Assembly (NCBI GenBank): GCA_003228685.1
Contig: QIFC01000116.1
Location: 9,800-73,799 of the forward strand
Direction of reading: 5' to 3'
DNA length: 64,000 nucleotides
From: Chloroflexota bacterium
GTDB taxonomy: Bacteria; Chloroflexota; Dehalococcoidia; DSTF01; RBG-16-68-14
Position 1 is the stretch's first letter, and the number at the start of each line of letters is the position of its first letter. Positions 43,171 through 52,323 of this stretch are shown one piece after another. The position numbers and the translations under genes are program-made. The notes beneath the pieces were generated by a model. The model searched no databases. It was not told where the DNA came from and worked only from the letters and a program-made list of their open reading frames with translations.

Positions 43171-45075
43171 CTACACTAGCTCCTTCACCTTCGCGGCCAG
43201 CTTGCGGGTGAAGCCGAGCGTCGCGGCGATGTCGTCGACGTCCGCCTCACGCACGCCTTTCACGCTGCCGAACTTGCGTTGCAGCGCCTTCTTCTTCTTC
43301 GGGCCCACGCCCGGCACGGCGTCCAGCGCCGACTGCAGCGAGCGCTTCGCCCGCAGCTTGCGGTGGTAGGTGATCGCGAATCGGTGCGCCTCGTCGCGGA
43401 CGCGCTGGACCAGATAGAGCGCCTGGCTTGTGCGCGGCAGCACGATCGGCTCCTCCATGTCCTTGACGAACAGCTCTTCGTTGCGCTTCGCCAGCCCGGC
43501 CGCGGGCACGTGCTCGACGCCCAAGTCACGCATCACGTCGAGCGCGGCATTGAGCTGCCCCTTCCCGCCGTCGACGATCAGCAGGTCCGGCAGCGTCTGC
43601 CAGGCCTGCGCTTTCGCGATGTCTTGCGGGCGTTGGCCGTGCGCGGTGGGCGCACGGCCGTGCGCCCCTACAGCGCCATCTCGATCGCTGGCCTTTTCGG
43701 CAGGGGCGTTGGCCTTCTTGAAGCGGCGGCCCAGCACTTCGGCCATCGACGCGAAGTCGTCGGCGCCCTCCACGGCGCGGATCTTGAAGCGGCGATACTC
43801 CTGCGGCCGTGGCCGCCCGTCGACGAACACGACCATGCTGCCGACAGAGTTCGTGCCCTGCGTATTGGAGATGTCGTAGCACTCGATGCGGTGCGGCGTC
43901 GCGGGCAGGTTCAGCTCTTCCTCCAGCTCGTCCAGGGCCGCTTCCGTCTTGCCCGTGTCGGCCAGCCAGCGGGCGTGCGCCTGGTCCTGCGCCTCCTTAG
44001 CATTGTCCTGCGCCATCCGCACTAGCCGCTTCTTCTCACCGCGCTGCGGGACGAACATCCGCACGGGGCCGCCTCGCCGCTCATCGAACCACGCCCCCAA
44101 CAGCTCCGCCTCCGGCACCTCGACCGGCAGCAGCAAACGGCGCGGGACATACGTCGCCGATTCGTAGAACTGCTTGAGGAAGCTGCCCAGCACCTCGCCA
44201 TCAGTAGCGTCGGCCGCGCCGGCAAGCGTGAAGCTGTCGGTGCCGACCATCTTCACGCCCCGCACGAAGAGCACCTGCACCACGGCCTCCGCGTCCTTGC
44301 GGGAGAGCCCGAAGATATCGGCGTCGAGCGGCTTCGTAGACGCGACGGTCTGCTTCTCGGTAACGCGCTCGATCGCGCGGATCTGGTCGCGAACGTGGCT
44401 GGCACGTTCGAACTGCAGCGCTTCGGACGCCTCGCTCATCTGCGCTTTCAGGTTGCGCACGACCTCATCAGTACGCCCTTCGAGGAAGAGGATCGTCTGG
44501 CGGATCACCTCCGCGTACTCCTCCTGCGTACAGTAGGCGGTGCATGGCGCAATGCACCGATGGATGAAGTACTCCAGGCAGGGCCGCGGTTCCTTGCCCG
44601 TGATGGTCATCGTGCACGTTCGCCACGGGAAGAGCTTCTTCGTGACATCAAGCGTCTTGCGGATCGAGCTGGCGGACGCGTACGGCCCGAAGTAACGCGC
44701 GCCGTCCTTTTCGACACGGCGCGTGATGTAGATGCGCGGGAAGGGATCGTTCAGGTCGACTTTCAGGTATGGGTAGTGTTTGTCGTCTTTGAGCCGCACG
44801 TTGAAGAACGGCTGATGGCGCTTCACCAACGTCGCTTCCAGGTGCAGCGCCTCCTGCTCCGTGTGCGTCACCACGTACTCGAAGTCGGCAATCTTCTCGC
44901 GCAGGATGCGCGTCCTGTGCTCCATGCTCTGCGGCGCCCCGAAATACGAGCGCATGCGCGTCCGCAACACGGCCGCCTTGCCGACGTAGATCACTTGCGC
45001 CTGTTCGTTGCGGAAGATGTACACGCCGGGCTTTCGCGGGACCGATTTCAGCCGTTCGAGGAGCGATTCTGGCAT
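43171..45075 (-). CDS. uvrC: excinuclease ABC subunit C
   Basis: GIY-YIG N-terminus (PGVYIF...VIYVGKA), UvrBC-interaction region, RNase-H-like endonuclease domain and C-terminal (HhH)2. ATG 45075 is preferred over the track's TTG at 45111. Confidence 0.9.
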   Translation of the reverse strand: MPESLLERLKSVPRKPGVYIFRNEQAQVIYVGKAAVLRTRMRSYFGAPQSMEHRTRILREKIADFEYVVTHTEQEALHLEATLVKRHQPFFNVRLKDDKHYPYLKVDLNDPFPRIYITRRVEKDGARYFGPYASASSIRKTLDVTKKLFPWRTCTMTITGKEPRPCLEYFIHRCIAPCTAYCTQEEYAEVIRQTILFLEGRTDEVVRNLKAQMSEASEALQFERASHVRDQIRAIERVTEKQTVASTKPLDADIFGLSRKDAEAVVQVLFVRGVKMVGTDSFTLAGAADATDGEVLGSFLKQFYESATYVPRRLLLPVEVPEAELLGAWFDERRGGPVRMFVPQRGEKKRLVRMAQDNAKEAQDQAHARWLADTGKTEAALDELEEELNLPATPHRIECYDISNTQGTNSVGSMVVFVDGRPRPQEYRRFKIRAVEGADDFASMAEVLGRRFKKANAPAEKASDRDGAVGAHGRAPTAHGQRPQDIAKAQAWQTLPDLLIVDGGKGQLNAALDVMRDLGVEHVPAAGLAKRNEELFVKDMEEPIVLPRTSQALYLVQRVRDEAHRFAITYHRKLRAKRSLQSALDAVPGVGPKKKKALQRKFGSVKGVREADVDDIAATLGFTRKLAAKVKELV

Positions 45076-45114
45076 CGTGATCTCATAGTAGCGTAGGGCG
45101 TTTCCCGACAAGCG

Positions 45115-45143
45115 TTGACAGTTGTCAGCAGAACCAATATTCT
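45115..45143 (+). promoter_or_regulatory. sigma-70-type promoter of the MTase-REase-vsr operon
   Basis: TTGACA, 17 nt, TATTCT. The -35 box lies inside the palindrome TGACAGTTGTCA (45116-45127). Confidence 0.5.
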
Positions 45144-45164
45144 ACATCAGAAGCGAGGGCGTTC

Positions 45165-46454
45165 TTGGTTACCAAATTGCAATCACCAAAGTGCATCGAC
45201 CTATTTTGCGGAGCTGGAGGTCTCTCTGAAGGATTCCGCCAGGCCGGTTTCGAAACGCTCTTTGCTAACGACATCGACGCGAACGCGCTAGAAACCTTCG
45301 CGCTCAACCACCCGAAGACGCCGCTCATCTATCACGGGGCAGTGGAACAGATACAGCCTCGAAAGATAACTCGATCGCTAGGATTGAGAAAAGGGGAGCT
45401 AGATGTTCTCGTCGGCGGGCCACCATGCCAAGGTTTCTCGATCAATGCCCCTGACAGGGCACTGGATGATCCGAGAAACCACCTTTTTCGCTACTACATT
45501 CAGTTTGTAGATGCGTTGCGACCGAAGGCGATCGTGATGGAGAACGTGCCAGGGCTGGTCTCCATGGGAAACTGGGCGTTCTTACAGACGATCTCTGGGG
45601 CTCTCACCAAACTTGGCTATGAAGTTGAGGCGAAGATCCTCTACGCCGCGCACTACGGCGTGCCTCAAGAGCGTTGGCGCCTTGTGATCATGGGGAGCCG
45701 AGTAGGTTCAGTTCAGTTTCCAAGCCCAACGCACTTCGCCCCTGGGCGCCCGAACTTCGCAGGTGGACGGACCATGACCTTCCGACATGCGCTCCGCAGC
45801 GACTCCAACGGCTCGGAACTCCTGCCGTTTACAACGGTCGCGGAGGCCATCAGTGACCTTCCTCGACTGGAGCCCGGCCAGGGCAGCGAGAACGAGCCAT
45901 ATCTCAGCAGCCGAAAACCGCCCTCTACTTATGCCCGCGAACTTCGGAGAGGCTCCAAAGTCGTTTCAAATCACGTCGCTCCTAAGATCGCCAAGGTGAA
46001 CCGTGAGCGGGTCAAGTTCGTTCCGCCTGGAGGCAGCTGGCGGGACATACCTCATGAACTTCTACCGAAGGGAATGCAACGTGCTAGGCGCAGCGACCAC
46101 ACAAAGCGTTACGGGAGGCTCGCTGCAGACGGGCTATCAGGAACGATCATGACAAAGTGTGACCCTCACTGGGGAGCGGTATTCTTGCCAGATCAGGACC
46201 GAACGCTTTCTGTACGAGAGGCAGCCCGCCTCCAATCGTTTCCAGATCATTACGTCTTCCGTGGTCCACGCGTTTCTCAGTACACACAGGTAGGCAACGC
46301 CGTACCGCCGTTGCTGGCGAAGGCGATAGGCCTCCAGGTTCTCTCCTTGCTGAGGTCATCGAACCAGGGCAGCCGTCGGTTCAGGTCGATCAGAGACCGC
46401 AGAACAGCCGCAAGAAAGCCAGTGGAGCGAAAGACGCAGAAGGCGAAGGCCTAG
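45165..46454 (+). CDS. DNA (cytosine-5)-methyltransferase
   Basis: Motif I DLFCGAGG, motif IV GGPPCQGFS, ENVPGL, and C-terminal QSFPD...QVGNAVPP. TTG start with GAGGG 5 nt upstream. Confidence 0.9.
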   Translation: MVTKLQSPKCIDLFCGAGGLSEGFRQAGFETLFANDIDANALETFALNHPKTPLIYHGAVEQIQPRKITRSLGLRKGELDVLVGGPPCQGFSINAPDRALDDPRNHLFRYYIQFVDALRPKAIVMENVPGLVSMGNWAFLQTISGALTKLGYEVEAKILYAAHYGVPQERWRLVIMGSRVGSVQFPSPTHFAPGRPNFAGGRTMTFRHALRSDSNGSELLPFTTVAEAISDLPRLEPGQGSENEPYLSSRKPPSTYARELRRGSKVVSNHVAPKIAKVNRERVKFVPPGGSWRDIPHELLPKGMQRARRSDHTKRYGRLAADGLSGTIMTKCDPHWGAVFLPDQDRTLSVREAARLQSFPDHYVFRGPRVSQYTQVGNAVPPLLAKAIGLQVLSLLRSSNQGSRRFRSIRDRRTAARKPVERKTQKAKA

Positions 46455-46461
46455 AGCGCGC

Positions 46462-47280
46462 ATGGCCGTCCTCCGAATCGCAGAGATATTTGGGCACGGA
46501 GTGGAGAATCTCTCAACCAGTGCGAGACTCGATAGGGAGGAAAGACACTGCCCCATTCGGGACAGCAACTGCACAAAGTCCAACGCTGCCAATCCTCTCG
46601 GAGTGTGTAGCTTGTCAGATGGAACAAATGCCACTTCAATCTGCCCAGTACGCTTCCAAGAAGGCAATCGGCTATTCGTGGACGCTGCACGGCTTGCGTT
46701 CGGGGCCGGCAAGCGGTTCACGCCGGTTCCTGAGGTGAAGATCCTTCGAACGAAGGATGGCAAGAAGATCGGGAAAATCGACTTCATCCTGGCGCAACTT
46801 GATGCCGATGATAGGCCAGTGGACTTCGCGGCTCTTGAGGTGCAGGCAGTATATTTCTCTGGACGTTCGATTAGACCTGCAATGGAATACTACCTTACCC
46901 ATGATGAACTGGACGTGGCAATAAGCGAACGGCGCCCGGATTATCGATCATCTGCCCAGAAGCGGCTAATGCCGCAGCTCAGTTTGAAGATTCCCGTGTT
47001 TCGGCGTTGGGGCAAGAAGTTCTTTGTGGCTGTGGATTCCCTCTTCTATGCTGCGCTGCCGGAGTTCCAGAGTGTGGGTCAGGCAAACGCTGAATTGACG
47101 TGGCTCTCCTATCCCCTGGCGAAGACTGGCCCTGACTACCACTTGGAGGACCCAGAGATCATCCACTGCCTTTGGGACGACATTTTGAATGCGCTTCGCG
47201 AAGGTGCAGCCCCGGAGCCAGATGAGATAGTAGAGGAACTAGGGCGCAGGATGGATCGCGAACGAATATTCTCGACTTAG
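46462..47280 (+). CDS. NotI-family-like Type II restriction endonuclease
   Basis: AEIFGHGV N-terminus and a Cys4 cluster C-x6-C-x11-C-x11-CPVRF resemble the NotI N-terminal metal site (from memory). Sits between a C5-MTase and vsr. Confidence 0.55.
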   Translation: MAVLRIAEIFGHGVENLSTSARLDREERHCPIRDSNCTKSNAANPLGVCSLSDGTNATSICPVRFQEGNRLFVDAARLAFGAGKRFTPVPEVKILRTKDGKKIGKIDFILAQLDADDRPVDFAALEVQAVYFSGRSIRPAMEYYLTHDELDVAISERRPDYRSSAQKRLMPQLSLKIPVFRRWGKKFFVAVDSLFYAALPEFQSVGQANAELTWLSYPLAKTGPDYHLEDPEIIHCLWDDILNALREGAAPEPDEIVEELGRRMDRERIFST

Positions 47281-47299
47281 TCTCCTTCACTAGCCTTCT

Positions 47300-47743
47300 A
47301 TGCCAGACATCTTCACAACCGAGAAGCGAAGTCAGATCATGTCCCGCATCAGGGCCAGCGGAACTGCACCCGAGCGCCAGTTGTACAATCTTGTGAGACG
47401 CGAATTGGGCCATCGATGGCGGATAGATTCGAACGTTCAAGATCTCCCCGGTCGTCCGGACATCGTTATTCCGTCGCTGGATCTGGTGATCTTCATGGAC
47501 GGCTGTTTCTATCACTCCTGCCCTGTGCACGGACACGTTCCGAAATCCAACACCGCGTACTGGTCTCCCAAACTCGCGCGGACGGCGCTGCGTGACAAAT
47601 CCAACCGTCGGCGGCTGCAGTACCGCGGCTTCGCCGTTTGGCGATATTGGGAACATGACCTCAAACCCGCGGTCATCGGTCGAACTCACAGCAGGCTCAG
47701 CAAGAGACTGTCGAAGCGAAAAGCGGCCATCTGGCAGGTCTGA
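47300..47743 (+). CDS. vsr: very-short-patch repair endonuclease
   Basis: TPE..L...L...G.R.R......LPGRPDIV......IFMDGCFYH.C......P..N..YW..K. Confidence 0.85.
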   Translation: MPDIFTTEKRSQIMSRIRASGTAPERQLYNLVRRELGHRWRIDSNVQDLPGRPDIVIPSLDLVIFMDGCFYHSCPVHGHVPKSNTAYWSPKLARTALRDKSNRRRLQYRGFAVWRYWEHDLKPAVIGRTHSRLSKRLSKRKAAIWQV

Positions 47744-47751
47744 GACCTGCC
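47733..47751. repeat. REP-like palindromic element, copy 3
   Basis: GGCAGGTC-TGA-GACCTGCC. The TGA in the loop is the vsr stop codon. Confidence 0.7.
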
Positions 47752-47820
47752 CCGCCCGCTGTTCGGTTGCGAGCGCATTCGATGTTATACTCACGCACAG
47801 CTACTACGAACGGTTGAGAC

Positions 47821-48525
47821 TTGTTCAGATACTACGTCGACCTCTTTAATATCGATTTCTTCCTCTTTCTCGCGTTCGCGGGCGCGGTGACGGCTGCGCT
47901 CTTGCTCGGCATCGCGTTCCACGAATTCTGCCACGCGTTCACATCGAGCCAGCTCGGCGACCAGACGGCGCGCAATCTGGGGCGCGTCACGCTGAACCCG
48001 CTCGCGCATCTCGATCCATTCGGCACGCTGCTGCTCTTCTTCGCCGGCTTCGGCTGGGGCAAGCCTGTCCCCGTGAACGCCTACGCCCTCCGGAACGGGC
48101 CGCGGACGGGCATGGCCGTCGTAGCGGCCGCGGGGCCGGTATCGAACCTGGGCGTGGCCGCCGTCATGGCCCTGCCTATCAGGCTCGGCTGGACTCCCTG
48201 GCACAACCCCTTCGTGATCAACGCTTTCGCCGTCGAATCCTGGTCCGCGAACGACTACTTCGGTCTCTTCCTGAGTGCAAGCGTGTTCATCAATTCCACT
48301 CTCGCGGTGTTCAATCTGCTGCCGATAGCCCCGCTCGATGGCTTCAAAGTCTGGGTCGGCCTGCTGCCAATGGAATTAGCCCGGCCCATAGCGCGATTGG
48401 AGCGCTACGGTATCCTGATACTGTTGGGATTTTTCTTTCTGGGACCCGCAGTAGGCATCAACGTCTTTAGTGAAGTTGTAAGGCCCATCGTGGACACCGT
48501 CTCAGACAGTCTGACGGGAGTCTGA
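47821..48525 (+). CDS. site-2 protease family (M50) membrane metalloprotease
   Basis: HEFCHAF (HExxH) within a TM helix. Later [10 protein letters not shown] motif. TTG start. Confidence 0.75.
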   Translation: MFRYYVDLFNIDFFLFLAFAGAVTAALLLGIAFHEFCHAFTSSQLGDQTARNLGRVTLNPLAHLDPFGTLLLFFAGFGWGKPVPVNAYALRNGPRTGMAVVAAAGPVSNLGVAAVMALPIRLGWTPWHNPFVINAFAVESWSANDYFGLFLSASVFINSTLAVFNLLPIAPLDGFKVWVGLLPMELARPIARLERYGILILLGFFFLGPAVGINVFSEVVRPIVDTVSDSLTGV

Positions 48526-48526
48526 C

Positions 48527-49027
48527 ATGCGGATAGCGAGCCGCGCACTGTATCGCAGCCGCCAGTTCTTCGGTTCCGTGCGCCCGCGCGTCGACGAGGC
48601 GCTGCGCGAGCAGGCGTTCGCGCTCCTGAACGACAGCCAGCGGACGCTCTTTTCCTTGATGACAACGCGCGACCAACAGCACTGCCTCAACGTCTACAAC
48701 GCGCTGCGCGACAACGGCCACGAAGACGCCGACCTCCTCGTCGCGGCGCTGCTGCACGACGCCGGCAAGGGCACGATCGAGCTGTGGCATCGCGTGGCGT
48801 TCGTGGTATTGGAGGCGACGTCGCCCAGGCAACTCGATCGATTCGCCCGGCCAGGCGGCGGAAGAGACTGGCGAGAGGCCCTCTACCGCTGCCGCAACCA
48901 CGCTCAGTTGGGCGCGGATCTAGCGCGGGAGGCCGGATCTTCGGATCGCGTCGCCGGCCTCATCAGCGAACACACGCCTGAGGACAGACAACTGGCCGCG
49001 CTCAAGGCGGCTGACGAGAGCGTCTGA
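48527..49027 (+). CDS. HD-domain protein
   Basis: AALLHDAGK (HD motif). Confidence 0.65.
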   Translation: MRIASRALYRSRQFFGSVRPRVDEALREQAFALLNDSQRTLFSLMTTRDQQHCLNVYNALRDNGHEDADLLVAALLHDAGKGTIELWHRVAFVVLEATSPRQLDRFARPGGGRDWREALYRCRNHAQLGADLAREAGSSDRVAGLISEHTPEDRQLAALKAADESV

Positions 49028-50049
49028 TGCCGAGAGTAGCCATCATCGGGCTCGGGCTGATCGGCGGGTCGATCGGCCTCGCCTTGAAGCGAGCCGGCCT
49101 TCCTGACCTGGAGATCGTTGGCCACGATGCGGAGTACGGCGTCAATAGGGACGCGCGCAAGCTCGGGGCGATCGATAAGGAAGCTCGCCACCCGGCGCAG
49201 GCCGCGGAAGGCGCCGCCTTGGTGGTCATTGCGACGCCCATCCTGCAGGTCAAGGCGGCGTTCGAGGCGATCGCCCCCGCGCTTGCCAGCGGCGCCGTCG
49301 TGACCGACACCGCAAGCACGAAGCGCGATATTATGCGCTGGGCCGCCGACTTCCTGCCAGAGGACGTCAGCTTCGTCGGCGGCCATCCAATCGCCGGCAA
49401 GGAGACATCCGGCGTCAGCGCGGCGGAGGCATCGCTCTTCGATGGACGCCCTTGGGCGATGATCCCGGCCATGGATGCGACCGAGCCGGCGATCAGAACA
49501 GTCGAGAACCTCATCAGCGCGATAGGGGCGGTGCCGGCGTTGATCGATGCAGAGGAGCATGATAGCTATCTGGCAGCGATGAGCCACCTGCCATTGGTCC
49601 TCTCGACGGCGCTCTTCTCGCTCGCCAGCCGGAGTCAGGCCTGGCCGGAGCTGGCGCCGTTCGCCGGCCCCGGCTTCCGCGACACCACCCGCCTGGCGTC
49701 ATCCAACCCCAGCATGAGCCACGACATCTCGTTGACGAACCGCGAGAACCTCCTACATTGGCTGGACCGCTACATGGAAGAGCTGGCGAGCCTGCGGAAG
49801 ATTATCGACTCCAGCGATACCCAAGAGGAGTTGATCGACCGATTCGCAAGCGCCCAGGCCGCGCGAGACGCATTCATGGTGGCGCCGCCAAGGAAACCCG
49901 GCCCTGAGCAAGCAAGCGACCCGATGAGCGCAGGCGAACGCATGATGTCCTTCATGGTGGGCGAGTACGTCGTGCGGCGCTCGAAGGAAGTGCAGGAGCT
50001 TCTGGAGAAGCGCGCCTCCGGCGAGCTAGACGATCGCGGAAAGAGATAG
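49027..50049 (+). CDS. tyrA: prephenate dehydrogenase
   Basis: VAIIGLGLIGGSIGLALK Rossmann motif, GGHPIAG. TGATG overlap with the upstream gene. Confidence 0.85.
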   Translation: MPRVAIIGLGLIGGSIGLALKRAGLPDLEIVGHDAEYGVNRDARKLGAIDKEARHPAQAAEGAALVVIATPILQVKAAFEAIAPALASGAVVTDTASTKRDIMRWAADFLPEDVSFVGGHPIAGKETSGVSAAEASLFDGRPWAMIPAMDATEPAIRTVENLISAIGAVPALIDAEEHDSYLAAMSHLPLVLSTALFSLASRSQAWPELAPFAGPGFRDTTRLASSNPSMSHDISLTNRENLLHWLDRYMEELASLRKIIDSSDTQEELIDRFASAQAARDAFMVAPPRKPGPEQASDPMSAGERMMSFMVGEYVVRRSKEVQELLEKRASGELDDRGKR

Positions 50050-51401
50050 TGAGCCGCAGCGTTCAGCGTCCGTCACGGCTCAGAGGCACCATCCGCGTGC
50101 CGGGCGACAAGTCGATCTCGCATCGGACAGCCCTGCTCGGTGCGCTCGCCGAGGGCACGACACACGTACGCCGCTTCCTCGCCTCTGACGATTGCCTCGC
50201 GACGCTCGACGCGCTTCGGGCCCTCGGCGTTAACTGGCGCCTGCAAAATGAGGCGCCAGGCATCGCGTCTCTTGAGATCGATGGAGTTGGGCTGCACGGG
50301 CTCACCGAGCCCGACAACGTCATCGACGTGCGCAACTCGGGCACGACGGGGCGGCTGCTGTCCGGCATCCTCGCCGGCCAGCCGTTTCACTCCGTGCTCA
50401 CCGGGGACGCTATGCTTCGTGCGCGGCCGTTCGGACGCGTCGTAACGCCCTTGAGCGAGATGGGTGCGCGGCTCTCAGGGCGCCAGAACGATTCACTGCT
50501 TCCCTTATCAATCAGAGGCGGCTCCCTCCACGGCATCCGCTATCGGCTGCCTGTGGCCAGCGCGCAGGTGAAGTCAGCCGTGCTGCTTGCGGGCCTGTTC
50601 GCCGAAGGCGAGACGATCGTTGAGGAGCCGTTGGCGACGCGCGACCACACCGAACGTCTCCTCCGCACGATGGGCGCCGATCTCACGCGAGAGGGGCCGG
50701 GGATCAAGCTCCAACCGCCTGAAGAACTCGCTCCGCTGGACATTGAAGTGCCGGGCGACATCAGTACGGCAGCGTTCTGGCTCGTCGCCGCTGCCGCGCA
50801 TCCAGACGCGGAGATCGATTTGCCCAAGGTGGGCATCAACCCCACTCGCACCGGCCTGCTGGACATCCTGTCGATGATGGGCGCGGAGATAGACATCGGG
50901 GAGCGGCGTATGGCCGGCGAGGAGCCCGTCGCGGACCTCCACGTGAGGAGTTCGCAGCTGCACGGCGTAGAGATCGGCGGCGAACTCGTCCTGCGCTCCA
51001 TGGATGAGTTGCCCGCCATGGCTGTGGCAGCATCATTTGCGCAGGGACGCACGATTGTCCGCGACGCCGCGGAGTTGCGCGTGAAGGAGTCGGACCGCAT
51101 CGCGGCGTTGACGTCGCAATTGCAGAAGCTAGGCGTGGCGATCGAAGAGCAGCCGGACGGTTTCGTCATCGAAGGCGGCGGCGCTCTAAATAGCGGAGGC
51201 GCTCTAAATAGCGGAGGCGCTCTAAGGAGCGGAGGCGCGGTCAAGGGCGCTAAAGTGAGCGGAGCCGGCGACCACCGGCTGACGATGTCGCTGGCGATCG
51301 CGGGGCTGCTCGCGGAGGGGGAGACCGCTATAGAAGACGAGGAGTCCGTCGACATCTCCTACCCGGGGTTCTGGAAGGAGATCGACGGCCTGGTGAGCTA
51401 G
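50049..51401 (+). CDS. aroA: 3-phosphoshikimate 1-carboxyvinyltransferase (EPSP synthase)
   Basis: PGDKSISHR, NSGTT.R, RPF.R and KESDR motifs. GTG start overlaps the tyrA stop. Confidence 0.9.
   Translation: MSRSVQRPSRLRGTIRVPGDKSISHRTALLGALAEGTTHVRRFLASDDCLATLDALRALGVNWRLQNEAPGIASLEIDGVGLHGLTEPDNVIDVRNSGTTGRLLSGILAGQPFHSVLTGDAMLRARPFGRVVTPLSEMGARLSGRQNDSLLPLSIRGGSLHGIRYRLPVASAQVKSAVLLAGLFAEGETIVEEPLATRDHTERLLRTMGADLTREGPGIKLQPPEELAPLDIEVPGDISTAAFWLVAAAAHPDAEIDLPKVGINPTRTGLLDILSMMGAEIDIGERRMAGEEPVADLHVRSSQLHGVEIGGELVLRSMDELPAMAVAASFAQGRTIVRDAAELRVKESDRIAALTSQLQKLGVAIEEQPDGFVIEGGGALNSGGALNSGGALRSGGAVKGAKVSGAGDHRLTMSLAIAGLLAEGETAIEDEESVDISYPGFWKEIDGLVS
51180..51233 (+). repeat. in-frame 18-bp tandem repeat x3 inside aroA
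   Basis: GGCGCTCTAAATAGCGGA occurs twice, then GGCGCTCTAAGGAGCGGA, then a partial unit. It encodes GALNSG-GALNSG-GALRSG. Confidence 0.85.
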
Positions 51402-51427
51402 CCGAGTAAGAGGCAAGGAGGGAAACC

Positions 51428-51694
51428 ATGCCGGCAGAATTGATCCACATCGGGTTCGGAAACTACATCTCGGCAACCCATATGATTGGCGTGGCGTCAC
51501 CCAGTTCGGCGCCGATCAAACGTCTGATCCACGAAGGCCGTGGCAAGGGCGTCACGCTGGACATGACGAGCGGACGCCGAACCAAGGCCGTGATCTTCAT
51601 GGAGAACGGCGCCGTCGTCCTGGCTGCGATCACACCGGAGACGATCGAAGGCCGCGTCAGGACGCAGCTGCACGGAGCTGACGAAGTTGACTAG
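51428..51694 (+). CDS. remA: RemA/DUF370 family protein
   Basis: IHIGFGN.I.......I..P.SAPIKR.I.......G...D.T.GR.TKAVI....G.V.L.AI. Upstream of gmk, as is typical. Confidence 0.8.
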   Translation: MPAELIHIGFGNYISATHMIGVASPSSAPIKRLIHEGRGKGVTLDMTSGRRTKAVIFMENGAVVLAAITPETIEGRVRTQLHGADEVD

Positions 51695-52319
51695 CACCAG
51701 TTCAAGTGCCACCACCGGCGACGCTGGCGCTACCGACGGTGGCCCGTTGTTCGTCGTGATCTCAGGTCCCTCATGCGCGGGCAAAGACAGCGTGTTGGGC
51801 GCTCTGCGAGAGCGGCACTATCCGGCCCACTTCACGGTGACGGCGACCACGCGCCCCAAACGAGAGGGCGAGAGCTTCATTCGATCCGTGAGTGAGAGTG
51901 GTTTCGCTGAACTACTTGAGAACAACGGCCTGCTGGAGCACGCGGAGGTCTACGGCCACCATTACGGCGTCCCCAAGGCGCCCCTGCGCGAGGCGATCGA
52001 GGGCGGCCAGGACATTATCATGCGCGTCGACGTCCAAGGCGCGGCGACGATCAAGAAGCTGGTGCCGGCCACAGTGCTGATCTTCCTGACCCTGGCTTCC
52101 GTCGCTGAGATCGAAGCGAGGCTACGATCGCGAGGCGAGGACGATGAAACGACGGTCCAGAGGCGGCTCAAGGCCGCCGTTCGCGAACTGGACGAACTCC
52201 CGAAGTTCGATTACGCGGTGGTCAACGAACGCGATCGTCTGGACGAAACGGTCGACCAGATCGAGGCGATCCTGCTCGCGGAACGCTGCCGCATCGGACG
52301 CGATAAGGTAGCGCTCTAG
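51687..52319 (+). CDS. gmk: guanylate kinase
   Basis: ISGPS.AGK P-loop, TTR.KR.GE, Y.F. TTG start assumed, so the start is uncertain. Confidence 0.8.
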   Translation: MTSTSSSATTGDAGATDGGPLFVVISGPSCAGKDSVLGALRERHYPAHFTVTATTRPKREGESFIRSVSESGFAELLENNGLLEHAEVYGHHYGVPKAPLREAIEGGQDIIMRVDVQGAATIKKLVPATVLIFLTLASVAEIEARLRSRGEDDETTVQRRLKAAVRELDELPKFDYAVVNERDRLDETVDQIEAILLAERCRIGRDKVAL

Positions 52320-52323
52320 CATC

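Noticed and set aside
45125-45328. 67-aa minus-strand ORF across the methylase promoter and 5' end
   Set aside because: It overlaps the well-supported C5-methyltransferase motif-I region on the other strand. It has no RBS and no recognisable features.
51180-51239. Tandem repeat considered as a CRISPR or minisatellite locus
   Set aside because: The units are contiguous with no spacers, in frame, and inside aroA, so this is not a CRISPR array. No CRISPR-like repeat-spacer structure was seen anywhere in the window.
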